From Eledone cirrhosa (lineage: Eukaryota): DNA of 64,000 nucleotides. Of this stretch, positions 62,701-64,000 are shown one piece after another. The first letter of the stretch is position 1, and each line of letters opens with the position of its first letter. The stretch is taken from assembly GCA_964016885.1 (NCBI GenBank), contig OZ024740.1, positions 25,358,001 through 25,422,000 on the forward strand. Reading direction: 5' to 3'. The notes below the pieces were generated by a model that saw only the letters and a list, made by a program, of their open reading frames with translations, was not told where the DNA came from and made no database searches. A program made the position numbers and the translations under genes.

Positions 62701-64000
62701 TGTGTTATGTGTGGCTGTGTTATGTGTGGCCGTGTAATATGTGGCTGTGTTGTATGTGGCTGTGTTATGTGTGCATGTGTTATATGTGGCTGTGTTATGT
62801 GTGGCTGTGTTATATGTGGCTGTGTTGTATGTGGCTGTGTTATATGTGGCTCTGTTATATGTGGCTCTGTTATATGTGGCTGTGTTGTATGTGGCTGTGT
62901 TGTATGTGGCTGTGTTGTATGTGGCTGTGTTGTATGTGGCTGTGTTGTATGTGGCTGTGTTGTATGTGGCTGTGTTATGTGTGGCTGTGTTATGTGTGCC
63001 TGTGTTATATGTGGCTGTGTTATGTGTGGCTGTGTTATATGTGGCTGTGTTGTCTGTGGCTGTGTTATATGTGGCTGTGTTATATGTGGCAGTGTTGTAT
63101 GTGGCTGTGTTATATGTGGCTGTGTTGTATGTGGTTGTGTTGTATGTGGCTGTGTTGTATGTGGTTGTGTTGTATGTGGCTGTGTTATATGTGGCTGTGT
63201 TATGTGTGACTGTGTTATATGTGGCTGTGTTGTATGTGGTTGTGTTGTATGTGGCTGTGTTGTATGTGGCTGTGTTTTATGTGGCTGTGTTATATAAGGC
63301 TGTGTTGTATGTGGCTGTGTTATATGTGGCTGTGTTATATGTAGCTGTGTTATATGTGGCTGTGTTGTATGTGGCTGTGTTGTATGTGGCTGTGTCGCTG
63401 TGTTGTATGTGACTGTGTCGCTGTGTTGTATGTGGCTGTGTTGTATGTGGCTGTGTGGCTGTGTTATATGTGTCGGTGTTTTATGTGGCTGTGTTACGTG
63501 TGCCTGTGTTATATATGGCTGTGTTGTGTGTGGCTGAGTTGTGTTGTATGTGGCTGTGTTGTATGTGGCTGAGTTGTGTTGTATGTGGCGGTGTTGTATG
63601 TGGCTGTGTTGTATGTGGCTGAGTTGTGTTGTATGTGGCGGTGTTGTATGTGGCTGTGTTGTATGTGGCTGTGTTATGTGTGGCTGTGTTATATGTGGCT
63701 GTGTTATATGTGGCTGTGTTGTATGTGGCTGTGTTATATGTGGCTGTGTTGTATGTAGCTGTGTTGTATGTGGCTGTGTTATGTGTGGCTGTGTTGTATG
63801 TGGCTGTGTTGTATGTGGTTGTGTTGTATGTGGCTGTGTTCTATGTGGCTGTGTTATATGTGGCTGTGTTGTATGTGGCTGTGTTATATGTAGCGGTGTT
63901 GTATGTGGCTGTGTTGTATGTGGCTGTGTTGTATGTGGTTGTGTAGTATGTGGCTGTGTTATGTGTGGCTGTGTTATATGTGACTGTGTTATATGTGGCT
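59780..64000 (+). repeat. Duplication with offset 3666 bp (~59780-60330 vs ~63450-64000)
   Basis: Identical 60-aa translations at 59910 and 63576; pair 59960/63626. Shared triple GCTGAGTTGTGTTG and GTAGCT marker. Confidence 0.8.

Larger units (their letters stand above)
2814..64000 (+). repeat. Large tandem satellite/minisatellite array, 15-bp monomer TGTGGCTGTGTTRTA, ~4,000 copies, running off the window end
   Basis: Continuous 15-bp periodicity; translations are pentapeptide repeats (MWLCY/C, YVAVL, CGCVV/I). Common variants include TTGTA/TTATA/TTATG, GGTT, GCCT, GACT and TGAGG. I saw no inversion or foreign insertion. Confidence 0.99.

Noticed and set aside
2765-63946. Long + strand ORFs (up to 1425 aa) of Cys/Val/Trp-rich pentapeptides, superficially metallothionein-, keratin-associated- or membrane-protein-like
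   Set aside because: The consensus monomer has no stop in any + frame, so all three frames are open at once. ORFs switch peptide type at 13/20/23-bp variants, showing no frame conservation.
2814-64000. CRISPR array or a diversity-generating cassette system
   Set aside because: There are no unique spacers, leader, cas, reverse transcriptase or recombinase genes. The variation is SNVs and slippage within contiguous monomers.
2814-64000. G-quadruplex or Chi-site (GCTGGTGG) function of the monomer
   Set aside because: The consensus has only one GG per 15 bp and no GGG. GTGGCTG is not Chi, and the context is not bacterial.
2814-64000. A/G dimorphism at monomer position 13 as an information-bearing binary code
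   Set aside because: The patterns repeat along with the duplicated blocks, as in ordinary minisatellite variant repeats. Nothing suggests a readout mechanism.

Overview
This is non-coding DNA of eukaryotic, probably metazoan, character (inferred from the microsatellite and satellite types; no taxon can be proven). Bases 1-163 are an (ATAC)n/(AT)n microsatellite. Bases 164-2240 are AT-rich unique sequence with two possible decayed hAT-like MITE remnants and a 24-bp direct repeat. Bases ~2241-2483 are an (AGT)n microsatellite, and ~2520-2813 is degenerate TG-rich sequence. From 2814 to the window end lies one uninterrupted, single-orientation satellite array of >61 kb (about 4,000 monomers) with the 15-bp consensus TGTGGCTGTGTTRTA. 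I can support no protein-coding gene, RNA gene or CRISPR array; the many long ORFs arise because the monomer is 15 bp and nearly stop-free. The real structure is inside the satellite: quantised monomer length variants (13/15/20/23 bp), recurrent variant cassettes in a largely conserved order, and nested kb-scale duplications up to a ~9.6 kb tandem unit. Duplication offsets come from matching entries in the ORF track plus spot checks of rare variants. Block boundaries are approximate.
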